The notes below the pieces were generated by a model. That model saw only the letters and a program-made list of their open reading frames with translations, was not told where the DNA came from and did not search any database. Source: Candidatus Marinacidobacterium sp. (GTDB lineage: Bacteria; Acidobacteriota; Vicinamibacteria; Marinacidobacterales; Marinacidobacteraceae). Taken from it: DNA of 64,000 bases. The stretch's first letter is position 1, and the number at the start of each line of letters is the position of its first letter. The DNA is taken from assembly GCA_965220965.1 (NCBI GenBank), contig OZ244852.1:2336001-2400000 (forward strand), given 5' to 3'. This document shows positions 37,293-46,061 of the stretch, one piece after another. Both the position numbers and the translations under genes were made by a program.

Positions 37293-38807
37293 CTACTCCG
37301 AGGTGTAGCGCCCGAGCAGCGCCTTGCCGGGGTAGACGCCCTCGATCAGCGATCCGTCGCGGACGACCGGAACGCCGTCCACGATGACGTGGGCGACGCC
37401 TTCGGAGTAGGTCAGGTCGTCCTCGAAGTTCGCCGTGTCGATGATGGTGTCGGGGTCGAAGACGGTGATGTCGGCGATCGCGCCGATCTGGATCCGCCCC
37501 TTGCGGCGCATGATCGGGGCGATTTCCTGGAGCCGCTCGGCGGGCATGAGGGTCATCTTGCGGATGGCCTCCTTCAGCGTCAGGACGCGCTGATCCCGCA
37601 CGTAGCGCCCGAGGACGCGGGAGAAGGTTCCCGCCGTCCGGGGGTGCGCCCCCGGGGCGTAGGGCATCCCGTCGGAAGCCACGATCACCAGCGGGTCCCG
37701 CATCGCCATCTCGATGAACTCGGGCTTCATCATGTGCATGATCACGGTGCCGCCCTCGGCGTGGAACAACTCGAAGGTCTCCTGCGTGAGGCGCTCGCCG
37801 GTGTCCTGCCACTGGATGTCGCCGTAGGTCATCCCGAGCTTCTCCTGCCAGCCCTCGTCGAAGATGGCCGACGAGATCCCGGTGGACGCCGCGGTGTAGG
37901 GATACGCCTCGGTCGTGACGTCCACGCCCGCCGCGCGCGCCCCGCGGATCAGTCCCAAGGTGACCGGGAGGTGGTGGAGGCTCGAACTGTTCAGGTGGAC
38001 GATGTGGAGCGGCGCTCCGGTGGCGGTCGCGTTGGCGATGACCTCCTGGATCGCCGAAACAGCCATGTCCCGGACGTGCGTATAGATCGGGACATCGAGC
38101 TCGGCCGCCAGCTCGAAGATCCGGTAGATCTCGGTGTGCGTCGCGCCCGGGTAGTACTGGTGCGGCATCCCGATCCCGAGCCCTCCGGCGCGGAGCTCGG
38201 CGGTGATCGCCTCGCGCAGGGCCTCGAGCCCCTCGGGCGTCACCTCGGCGTAGTTGGCCGTCCGGAGGAGCTGGGCGTGTTCGAGGACGAGTTCCGCCCC
38301 GGTGCTCTCGGCGTCGAGGAGTTCGGCGGCCTGCTCCGCCACCCCGGGGATCCCAAGCAGCCGGAGCCCGCCGTGGGAAACCGAGGCCCCGTAGTGGACG
38401 ATCGCGTTGCCGGCCCGGCTCTCGACGAAGCGGGCGACCCGGGGGACGCCTCCCTCGAGCTCGAGCGCCGTCGTCACGCCGTCCATCGCCTGGAAGCGGT
38501 TCGCCTCGACGGACTGGCCGTGCACATGGAGATCGATGAAGCCCGGGCTCACGACGTGGTCGGAAGCGTCCAGCAGCGCGCCCCCCTGCTTCAGCCGGTT
38601 CGTGAGGACTTCGCGCGAAATCGCCACGATCTCGTTCCGCACGACGCCAACGTCACGGACGGCGTCGAGCCCGGTCTCCGGGTCGATGACCCGTCCCCCG
38701 GTGATCACGAGGTCGAGATCCCGCTCCTGGGCGGCGGCGCTGGCGAACGCGAATCCGGCCAAGACGACGGAGAGGGCGAGCGAAAGGCGAAGTCTCGGGG
38801 CGAACAT
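37293..38807 (-). CDS. N-acyl-D-amino-acid deacylase family amidohydrolase, exported
   Basis: Signal peptide; PGFIDLHVH, DGVTT, YPYTA, ASDG, HPR.AGTF, ADITVFD. Confidence 0.9.
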   Translation of the reverse strand: MFAPRLRLSLALSVVLAGFAFASAAAQERDLDLVITGGRVIDPETGLDAVRDVGVVRNEIVAISREVLTNRLKQGGALLDASDHVVSPGFIDLHVHGQSVEANRFQAMDGVTTALELEGGVPRVARFVESRAGNAIVHYGASVSHGGLRLLGIPGVAEQAAELLDAESTGAELVLEHAQLLRTANYAEVTPEGLEALREAITAELRAGGLGIGMPHQYYPGATHTEIYRIFELAAELDVPIYTHVRDMAVSAIQEVIANATATGAPLHIVHLNSSSLHHLPVTLGLIRGARAAGVDVTTEAYPYTAASTGISSAIFDEGWQEKLGMTYGDIQWQDTGERLTQETFELFHAEGGTVIMHMMKPEFIEMAMRDPLVIVASDGMPYAPGAHPRTAGTFSRVLGRYVRDQRVLTLKEAIRKMTLMPAERLQEIAPIMRRKGRIQIGAIADITVFDPDTIIDTANFEDDLTYSEGVAHVIVDGVPVVRDGSLIEGVYPGKALLGRYTSE

Positions 38808-38904
38808 GGGGCGGGCCTCCTTCATCAGCGGGACGGAACCGGCCGATTCTCCCAGATTCATCGGGACGGTCGGGCCAGTCGCGGCGGCTGAACCGCCGCC
38901 CGCG

Positions 38905-40680
38905 TCAGCGGGGGATGACCGGGAGGATGACCCGCGAGGGGTGGGCGGCGTCGTGGTAGACCGTGTTCGTCGCGACGATCCCGGGACGGTCCTCCATCAT
39001 CTCCTTCCCGGTGTTGCCGTTGGGGTACCACTTGGGGAAGCTGGAGCTGGTGACCGAAAGCCGGATGCGCTGGCCGGGCTGGAAGACGTTCGACACCGGG
39101 TAGAGCTCGATCTCGTAGGGGACGATCTCTCCGGGGGTCAGCAGGGCCGGCGCCTCGTCGCCCTCGCGGTAGCGGGCCCGGAGGATCATCTGGCGGAGCA
39201 ACTGGGAGTAGCCCGATGCGTGGACCGCGGTCAGGGTGACGACCCAGTCGGTGTCCACCGCCGAGGACGCGGCGTACATCTGGACCCGCGGGAAGCCGGT
39301 GACCTCGAGGGGCGCCTCCAGCGGATCCGAGGTGAAGGTGAGGCTCAGGCGGTCCGCCGCCCGGTGGTCCTGCGCCCCTCGGGGCGCGACGAAGAGATCC
39401 CCGCCGATCGTGCGGACCGGGCGCGCCGGGTCGTACTCGTAGGAGGTCGGCGGTTCGTCCGCCTCGGGCGTCTCGGGGGTGAGCCGACCGTCGTTCAGCG
39501 AGTCCGCCGAACCACTTCGGCCCCCGCGGAAGTACCAGCTCCGCTCTTCCTGGCGAGCGAGGGGGAACTCCTGTTCGTCCCGCCAGACGTTGTCCCCCAT
39601 CACGTAGAGGCGGACCGGCGGCTCCTCCATGATCCCGTTGTCGTGCCCCTTGAGGTGGTGGTCGAACCACCGCAGCCGGAGCGCGAGATGGTCCAGCGTC
39701 GAGCCGGGGAAGCTCAGGTCGCCCACCCGATCGTCCGCGGTGGGCGGCCAGCCGTGGATCCAGGGGCCGACGATCAGCTTCTGCCGGCCGCGGGCCCGCG
39801 GACCGCCGACCTGGCCGATCCGGTCGAAGTGGCGCACCGTCCCATGGATGTGGCGGTCGTACCAGCCGCCGAGGTGGTAGACCGGAACGTCGAAGTCCTC
39901 GTAACGCTCGTCCACCGCGAGCGCCCGCCAGTAGTCGTTGTAGTACGGGTTCCCGACGAGGTCGTTGTACATGTCCGAGAACATGCTCGCGGTGAAGTCG
40001 TCGCCGACTTCGGTGTGTTCGTCGTACCAGGAGAACCAGGAGTCCGCCGTACCCAGGTAGCCGCGGTGGCCGGGAGCGTTGGCGCGGAGCGGTTTGACCA
40101 TCTCGCGCTGCGTGAGCAGCCAGGTCGGCAGCACCATGTGGAGCGCCCCGCCCTGCCAGAAAATGTCGCGGTAGCTGTTCGCGGCGTACTGCGAACAGAA
40201 CATCGCCTCGAGATGCGGCGGTCGGGTGGGGGCGGTCAGGAGCTGGTTCGCGCAGGTGAACGAGAGGCCGTGGGACCCCACCTTGCCGGTCGACGCCGGA
40301 TGCCGGGCGGCCCACTCGATCGTGTCGTGGCCGTCTTGCCGCTCGCCCCACGCCTGGTCGCGAAGCCAGGTGTACTCCCCCTCCGACCGGTAACGACCCC
40401 GTTCGTCCTGGACCATCGCGATGTAGCCGCGGGCCGCGAAGTACTCGGCGGCGCGGTTCGCGCAATCCCCCTTGTTGTAAGGCGTCCGCTCGACGAGGAC
40501 CGGAAACGGGCCGGGGCCTTGCCCCCGCGGGAGGTAGACGTCGGTCGCGAGCCGGACGCCGTCGCGCATCGGCGCCATGACCTCCTCGCAGGTCCACGAC
40601 TGCGCCCCCGCGACCGCGGGCAAGGCGAGGGTGAACAGCGCGGCGCGCCAGAACCAGGGGCGGGAGAACCGGGACAACAT
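38905..40680 (-). CDS. CocE/NonD family hydrolase
   Basis: MRDGVRLATD, RTPY, D.RGRY.SEG, GLSF, GWYD, GPW.H. Confidence 0.93.
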   Translation of the reverse strand: MLSRFSRPWFWRAALFTLALPAVAGAQSWTCEEVMAPMRDGVRLATDVYLPRGQGPGPFPVLVERTPYNKGDCANRAAEYFAARGYIAMVQDERGRYRSEGEYTWLRDQAWGERQDGHDTIEWAARHPASTGKVGSHGLSFTCANQLLTAPTRPPHLEAMFCSQYAANSYRDIFWQGGALHMVLPTWLLTQREMVKPLRANAPGHRGYLGTADSWFSWYDEHTEVGDDFTASMFSDMYNDLVGNPYYNDYWRALAVDERYEDFDVPVYHLGGWYDRHIHGTVRHFDRIGQVGGPRARGRQKLIVGPWIHGWPPTADDRVGDLSFPGSTLDHLALRLRWFDHHLKGHDNGIMEEPPVRLYVMGDNVWRDEQEFPLARQEERSWYFRGGRSGSADSLNDGRLTPETPEADEPPTSYEYDPARPVRTIGGDLFVAPRGAQDHRAADRLSLTFTSDPLEAPLEVTGFPRVQMYAASSAVDTDWVVTLTAVHASGYSQLLRQMILRARYREGDEAPALLTPGEIVPYEIELYPVSNVFQPGQRIRLSVTSSSFPKWYPNGNTGKEMMEDRPGIVATNTVYHDAAHPSRVILPVIPR

Positions 40681-40774
40681 GAGCGGCGCCTCCTTGCGGC
40701 GGGCCGCCATGTTCCCACGGTCGGGGCCTCCGCGGCGCCAGCGCTCCGGATGGCGCTCCCGACGACGACCCGGG

Positions 40775-40850
40775 TGGCGCGCCCTGAGGGATTCGAACCC
40801 CCGGCCTACAGGTTCGTAGCCTGTTGCTCTCTCCACTGAGCTAAGGGCGC
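40775..40850 (-). tRNA. tRNA-Arg(ACG)
   Basis: GCGCCCTTAGCTCAGTGGAGAGAGCAACAGGCTACGAACCTGTAGGCCGGGGGTTCGAATCCCTCAGGGCGCGCCA; cloverleaf with encoded CCA. Confidence 0.97.
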
Positions 40851-40937
40851 GTGCGACGCGGGACCCAAGCCGCGCTCCCCGATGCGTGGACGGGATCGGC
40901 GGCTGCTCTTCGGCGCCGGACCCGAACGCCCTCCCGC

Positions 40938-41012
40938 TGGTACCGCTACGGGGATTCGAACCCCGGTTTGATGGCTGAGAACCACCCGTCCTAACCCCTA
41001 GACGATAGCGGC
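40938..41012 (-). tRNA. tRNA-Glu(CTC)
   Basis: GCCGCTATCGTCTAGGGGTTAGGACGGGTGGTTCTCAGCCATCAAACCGGGGTTCGAATCCCCGTAGCGGTACCA. Confidence 0.97.
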
Positions 41013-41912
41013 ATCGGCGGGAGGGACCACGGATCGTAACACGCCGTTCGCCCTTCGGCCGGTCGCGCCGCCCCCGCGCTCGATCCGGACGACGGTCCCG
41101 AGGCCCCAGTCCTGGATCGTGGGGGCCCGGAGGTCGGGGGCGCCGCGACGCCCGCCCCCCTCGGGCGTCAGGCGCACCAGAACGCGCGCCCGGGAACGCG
41201 AAGGGAGGAACCGGGCCAGCAGCAGGCCCTTTCCGAGGACGGCGTGGGGCGTCTCGAACACGACCCGGGAGGCCCCCGCCGCCGCGGCCGCGTCGAGCGC
41301 GCCTTCCGCCAGCGCCGCGGTGACGTCCACCTGCTCCGGTTCGGGAGGCGCGATCCAGTCCACGGCTTCGAGGACGCCGACGGCGGCCCAGGCGAGCGCG
41401 GCGTCCGCGACCGGAGCGCCGTCCCGCAACACCTGCGCTCCGCAGGCGCGGGGCCCGGCCGCCGTCAGTTCGCAGGCCACGCGAAAGCCTGGAACAAGTC
41501 GGACGCGGAGCCTTCGGGCGGCGGCGGACCCGAGCGGGCGCGGGATCGCCTCCAGTCCCGTCCGGGCGCGGCGACCGGGCAGCAGCGCTGCGGTCAGCGC
41601 GCGGCGCAGCCGGCCGGGCCGCACCGGGGCGGAGAAGCGGGGCAGCGGGCCGGCGTCCTCGAAACCGAGCGCCCGGAGGTCGGCGTAGAGGTCAGCCTCG
41701 ACGACCGGAAGGACGACGACCGCGTTCCCGGCGGCGCGCGCCCAGCGGGAGAGCCGCAGCAGATCGTCCCGGCGCGCCGCGCCGCCGGCGATGGCGCACG
41801 CCGTCAGAAGCTCCGCCGGTGCGTCAGGGCGCCAGCTCAGCGGCGACGCCGAGAGCGCCGGGCGTCCCGGCTCGGCGCCCCCTTCGCCCGACGAGCCGTC
41901 CCCCGCGCTCAC
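40998..41912 (-). CDS. Hypothetical protein (possibly degenerate GNAT-like)
   Basis: GTGA overlap with the pspC stop; LYADLRALGF and LLLARF segments resemble GNAT C-termini; stop lies inside tRNA-Glu. Confidence 0.5.
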   Translation of the reverse strand: MSAGDGSSGEGGAEPGRPALSASPLSWRPDAPAELLTACAIAGGAARRDDLLRLSRWARAAGNAVVVLPVVEADLYADLRALGFEDAGPLPRFSAPVRPGRLRRALTAALLPGRRARTGLEAIPRPLGSAAARRLRVRLVPGFRVACELTAAGPRACGAQVLRDGAPVADAALAWAAVGVLEAVDWIAPPEPEQVDVTAALAEGALDAAAAAGASRVVFETPHAVLGKGLLLARFLPSRSRARVLVRLTPEGGGRRGAPDLRAPTIQDWGLGTVVRIERGGGATGRRANGVLRSVVPPADAAIV

Positions 41913-42100
41913 TCCTCGGCGGGCGCCATCAGAATCGCGAGGATCAGGTAGACCAGGATGCCGGGAAAGGCCGCCGAGCAGACGCTCACGAGGACGAAGA
42001 GCACGCGCAGGAGCGTGCGGTCGATGCTCCACCAGTCGGCGAGACCGGCGCAGACGCCGAGCAGCATGCGCCCCTGCATCGGGCGAACGAGCTGGGTCAT
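41909..42100 (-). CDS. pspC: PspC domain protein
   Basis: RMLLGVCAGLA, D.TLLRVLFV, YLILAILM; GGAG RBS. Confidence 0.9.
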   Translation of the reverse strand: MTQLVRPMQGRMLLGVCAGLADWWSIDRTLLRVLFVLVSVCSAAFPGILVYLILAILMAPAEE

Positions 42101-42140
42101 GGATGTCTCCTCCGTGCGGCGACGGTCTGGAAGGGGCGGG

Positions 42141-42968
42141 TCAGGCCAGCGCTGACATCAGGACCGCCAGGAGGCTGGCGGCGAGCAGGACGAGCGCCCA
42201 CAGGCCATGGCGTCCGCGTTCCTGGCTGAAGACGCCGAAGCGCGAGGCGACCCAGTAGCCGCCGGCGAAGCCTCCGAGGTGGGCGGCGTTGTCGATGCCG
42301 GGGATGAGGAGCCCGAACACCGCCAGAAAGATGACGTAGCGCCAGATCATCCGGGCGAACGCCGAACTCGTCCGGCGGCCGACGTAGAGCAGCGCGCCGA
42401 GCAGGCCGCACACCGAGGCCGAGGCCCCCACCGTGAAGCCGGCGCCGCCGAGTCCGGGAATCGGGATGGACGCCGCCCCGAGGAACGACGACAGCAGGAA
42501 CCCGCTCATCGCCGCCACCTGGTAGATCACCAGGGTTCGCGCCGGCCCGAACTCCTGGCTGACGGCCGGGAACAGGTTCCACAGCCAGTACATGTTGAAC
42601 AGGATGTGGAGCAGCCCCCCGTGGAGCCACCCGGCGCTGAACACCGTGTACCACTTGCCGGCGGCGAACACCGGAAGCGCTCCGGAGGCGCCGAGCAGGT
42701 AGAGCACCTGACCGTCCGGACTCAGGAAGCCGAGAAACCCCCCAACCCCGATCCGGGCGCCGCTGAGGAGAAGCGCCAGCCCGAAGAGGACGGCGTTCGC
42801 GCCAATGAGCGCGGTCTGGACCGCCGGGCCGTCGAACCGCAGCATCGAGGCGAACCCGAACATCCCCGGATTGCGCCGCCCGCAGGACAGGCACTCCTCG
42901 TCCCGCACCCCGACGAGCTGGCCGCAACCCGGACACAGGACCGAGCCGGACCGCTGCCGTCCGATCAT
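42141..42968 (-). CDS. Rhomboid intramembrane serine protease with N-terminal zinc ribbon
   Basis: CPGC..CLSC, HILFNM, VGAS, NAAHLGG. Confidence 0.92.
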   Translation of the reverse strand: MIGRQRSGSVLCPGCGQLVGVRDEECLSCGRRNPGMFGFASMLRFDGPAVQTALIGANAVLFGLALLLSGARIGVGGFLGFLSPDGQVLYLLGASGALPVFAAGKWYTVFSAGWLHGGLLHILFNMYWLWNLFPAVSQEFGPARTLVIYQVAAMSGFLLSSFLGAASIPIPGLGGAGFTVGASASVCGLLGALLYVGRRTSSAFARMIWRYVIFLAVFGLLIPGIDNAAHLGGFAGGYWVASRFGVFSQERGRHGLWALVLLAASLLAVLMSALA

Positions 42969-42976
42969 CGCGCCTC

Positions 42977-44098
42977 CTATTCTGCCACGGCGTCATCGTC
43001 GAAATAGTCGCGCACCGCCGCGACGACGCGGTCCGCTTCGGCCTCGGTGATGCCGGGGTGGAAGGGCAGGCTGACGACCTCGTCGGCCGCCCGGATCGCC
43101 TCGGGAAAGGCCTCCTCCGGCGTCGCGCCCTGGGTCCGGAACGCCGGCTGCAGCGGAAGCGGAACCGGGTAGTGGATCAGCGTCTCCACGCCGGCGGCGT
43201 GGAGGCTCGAGCGGAGCGCGTCGCGCCTCGGGCTCCTCAGGACGAACAGGTGGCGGGCGCTCTCGTCGGACCGGTCGGCGGCGACGAGCCCGACGGGAAG
43301 CCCCCCGAGACCCTCCCGATACCGGCGGGCGAGGCGGCGACGGGCGCGCAGCCCGGCGTCCAGTCGGGCGAGCCGGACCGAGAGCACCGCCGCCTGGAGC
43401 TCGTCGAGGCGGCTGTTCCAACCGGGCCAGCCGTGCGCGTGACGGGCGATCTGCCCTCCGTTCCGGAAGCGGCGCACCCGACGGGCGATGTCGTCATCAT
43501 CGGTCGCGACGAGTCCCGCGTCGCCGAGCGCCCCCAGGTTCTTCGTGGGGTAGAAGCTGAACGCTGCCGCCAGCCCGAGCCCGCCGACCGGGCGGCCGCC
43601 GAAACGCGCCCCGTGCGCCTGACTCGCGTCCTCGATGACCGGCACGCCATGGGCCCGCGCCGCGTCGAGGACTCGGTCGAAGCGCGGCGGGGCGGAGCCG
43701 TAGAGGTGCACCGGAACGACCGCCCGGAACCGTCCGGTGGCGATCGCGGCTTCGGCCGCGGTCGCATCCATCCCGAGGGAGTGCGGCTCCACGTCGCAGA
43801 ACGCGACGGCGGCGCCGGTCCGCCGGATGCCCACACCGGTGTAACCCGCCGAGAACGCCGAAGTGAGGACGCGGTCCCCGGGCCCGACCCCGGCAGCGAC
43901 GAGCGCGAGGGTGATCGCGTCGGTCCCGGAAGCGACGCCCACCGCGTGGCGCACCCCCACCGCCTCGGCGAACGCGGACTCGAACGCTTCGACCTCGGGG
44001 CCCAGCACGTAGCGGCCCGAGGCGAGCACGCGCTGGATCGCCTCCCGGACGGCGGGGTCATCCGCAGCCTCGAGCCGCGCGAACCGGACGGATTCCAC
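42977..44098 (-). CDS. DegT/DnrJ/EryC1/StrS aminotransferase
   Basis: SGTDA, PVHLYG, EDASQAHGA, SFYPTKNLGALGD, NSRLDELQA. Confidence 0.93.
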   Translation of the reverse strand: MESVRFARLEAADDPAVREAIQRVLASGRYVLGPEVEAFESAFAEAVGVRHAVGVASGTDAITLALVAAGVGPGDRVLTSAFSAGYTGVGIRRTGAAVAFCDVEPHSLGMDATAAEAAIATGRFRAVVPVHLYGSAPPRFDRVLDAARAHGVPVIEDASQAHGARFGGRPVGGLGLAAAFSFYPTKNLGALGDAGLVATDDDDIARRVRRFRNGGQIARHAHGWPGWNSRLDELQAAVLSVRLARLDAGLRARRRLARRYREGLGGLPVGLVAADRSDESARHLFVLRSPRRDALRSSLHAAGVETLIHYPVPLPLQPAFRTQGATPEEAFPEAIRAADEVVSLPFHPGITEAEADRVVAAVRDYFDDDAVAE

Positions 44099-44103
44099 AG
44101 CCT

Positions 44104-45117
44104 CTATTTCGTCGGCGGCCCCCCGGCGGTTCCCGCCAGGCGGCGGAAGGCCCTCACCGTGTGGCGCAGGCCATCCCGGAGGGACACCGACGGCGCCCAG
44201 GCGAGGTCCCGCCGGATCCGCGACGCGTCGCAGTGGATTCCTCCGACGGCGATCGCGCGATCCGTTGCGGCGAGCGGGAACGTGCTCACCCGGAGCGGCG
44301 CCCCCACGGCGTCGAACACCGCTTCGGCGAACTCGAGGAGTGTCACCGGAGCCCCGCCCAGGTTCCAGACGCCGGAGGGCGCCCCGGGGCGGCCGGCCAG
44401 CAGGAGCGCTTCGACGACCTCGTCCACGTGGAGCGGGTCCCGCAGCAGATCCGGGTCGCCGAAGAGGTGGATCTCCTCGCCGCGGAGCGCGCGCTCCAGG
44501 AAGGCGCCGCTGAACCCGGCGCCCGGCCCGTCGAGCGGCTGGCCGGGGCCATAGGTGTTCGTGAGGCGCAGCGCCGCACAGCCGCCGTCTTCCGGAGCGA
44601 GCAGCCGCAGAAGGTGTTCCGCGGCCTCCTTGTGGACCGAGTGGACATCGGGAGGCCGCACAGGGTGATCCTCGTTCACCGGGAGGGACTCGGCGGCGCC
44701 GTAGAGCTGGCGCGTGCTCGCCAGCACGACCCGGGTCGAACCGCCCACCGAGCGCATGACGCCGAGGAGCCCCATGACGTTGTCCTCGAAGTCGGCGACC
44801 GGGTTCTCCATGCTGGCGCGGTGGCCGTTCGCCGCGGCGAGATGGAAGACGACTTCGGCTTCCCGCAGCAGGTTCCTCGCTGCGCCGGGTCGCGCGAGGT
44901 CGGCGCGGTGAAACCTGGCGCCCTTGGGCGCCCCGGAGAGTCCGGCGCGATCCACCCCGGTCACCGCGGTCCCGGCCCTCGCCAGCGCGGCGAGCAACCG
45001 CCGCCCGATGAACCCGGCGGCCCCGGTCACCACGACCTCCCGGCTGCGGAAGCCGGCGGCCGCCGCGGTCACCCGCTCGCCGACCCCGGCGGGGGAAGAC
45101 GGAGGCCCGGGATCCAC
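44104..45117 (-). CDS. NAD-dependent epimerase/dehydratase
   Basis: TGAAGFIG, ASTRQLYG, H.VHK in place of YxxxK, RLTNTYGP; GTG start 7 nt after TACGCT. Confidence 0.88.
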   Translation of the reverse strand: MDPGPPSSPAGVGERVTAAAAGFRSREVVVTGAAGFIGRRLLAALARAGTAVTGVDRAGLSGAPKGARFHRADLARPGAARNLLREAEVVFHLAAANGHRASMENPVADFEDNVMGLLGVMRSVGGSTRVVLASTRQLYGAAESLPVNEDHPVRPPDVHSVHKEAAEHLLRLLAPEDGGCAALRLTNTYGPGQPLDGPGAGFSGAFLERALRGEEIHLFGDPDLLRDPLHVDEVVEALLLAGRPGAPSGVWNLGGAPVTLLEFAEAVFDAVGAPLRVSTFPLAATDRAIAVGGIHCDASRIRRDLAWAPSVSLRDGLRHTVRAFRRLAGTAGGPPTK

Positions 45118-45170
45118 GGCGGGGAGCGTACCGGTCTCCCGGGCGCCGCTACGCTCCGCGCCGTGGACCC
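45110..45170. promoter_or_regulatory. Mirror-symmetric divergent promoter pair (21-bp inverted repeat, 19-bp spacer)
   Basis: Both strands read TACGCTCC[C/G]CGCCGTGGA[T/C]CC, each containing a -10-like hexamer and the GTG start. Confidence 0.65.
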
Positions 45171-45888
45171 ACGCGACCGTCCCGAAGCCCGCCCGGGCGC
45201 GCTGTTCGTGGTGGCCACCCCCATCGGGAACCTTGAAGATCTGTCGCCGCGGGCGGCCCGGGTGCTCGCCGAGGTCCCCCGGATCGCGTGCGAGGACACC
45301 CGGGTGACCGGCAGGCTCCGGGCGCGCTTCGGCTTCACCGCGCGGCTCGTCTCGCTCCATGAACACAACGAGCGCGACCGCGTTCCCCGCCTCGTGCAGG
45401 GGCTTCTCGCCGGCGAGGATCTCGCGCTCGTCACCGACGCCGGAACCCCGCTGATTTCGGATCCCGGCTACCGGCTCGTGCGGGCCGCCCGGGCCGCGGG
45501 GGTTCCGGTGCGGACGGCGCCGGGGCCATCCGCGGTCACGGCGGCGCTTTCCGTGTCGGGCCTCCCCACCGACGCCTTCACGTTCCTGGGGTTTCCGCCG
45601 CCGCGGGCCGGCGGGCGCCGCAAGCGGTTCCTCGAGCGGGCCGCCAACGCGGCCGGGTCGCTCGTGATGTTCGAATCGGCCCGTCGGGCCGCCCGCCTGC
45701 TCGACGAACTCGCCGAGACTCTGGGGCCCCGCGAGGCCTCCCTGTCGCGGGAGATGACCAAGCTCCACGAGGAACACTGGGCGGGCCTGCTGCCCGAACT
45801 CGCCGAGCGGGCGCGGCGCGAGCCCCCCCGCGGAGAGGTCACGCTGGTAGTGGCGCCGGAGGGCCGCCGGAGGGCTTCCCCGGCGTAG
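45163..45888 (+). CDS. rsmI: 16S rRNA C1402 2'-O-methyltransferase
   Basis: VATPIGNLED, CEDTR, DAGTPLISDPG, REMTKLHEE, RGEVT. Confidence 0.95.
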   Translation: MDPRDRPEARPGALFVVATPIGNLEDLSPRAARVLAEVPRIACEDTRVTGRLRARFGFTARLVSLHEHNERDRVPRLVQGLLAGEDLALVTDAGTPLISDPGYRLVRAARAAGVPVRTAPGPSAVTAALSVSGLPTDAFTFLGFPPPRAGGRRKRFLERAANAAGSLVMFESARRAARLLDELAETLGPREASLSREMTKLHEEHWAGLLPELAERARREPPRGEVTLVVAPEGRRRASPA

Positions 45889-46061
45889 AATTTCCCGGTC
45901 AGGGGGCTTCGACGGGCGGCGAATCACCGACCGCCAGGCATCCGTCCCGGAAGCGGTCGCCGCGGGCGCGGCGAGCCCTTCCCGGGTCTTCCCCCGGACC
46001 CTCCCCTTTCTCACCTTCCCGTGAGGTCCCGGATCACTGCCGGCCGGGCGTCAGGAGATTC

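Noticed and set aside
40681-40836. N-terminal extension of the CocE ORF through tRNA-Arg
   Set aside because: The signal peptide starts at 40680; the extension just translates the tRNA.
40775-41012. tRNAs as an integration site for an island
   Set aside because: No integrase and no duplicated tRNA 3' end seen.
45889-46061. glmS ribozyme
   Set aside because: Core AGCGCC, GACGAGG and paired AUCGA/UCGGCGGA elements are not present.
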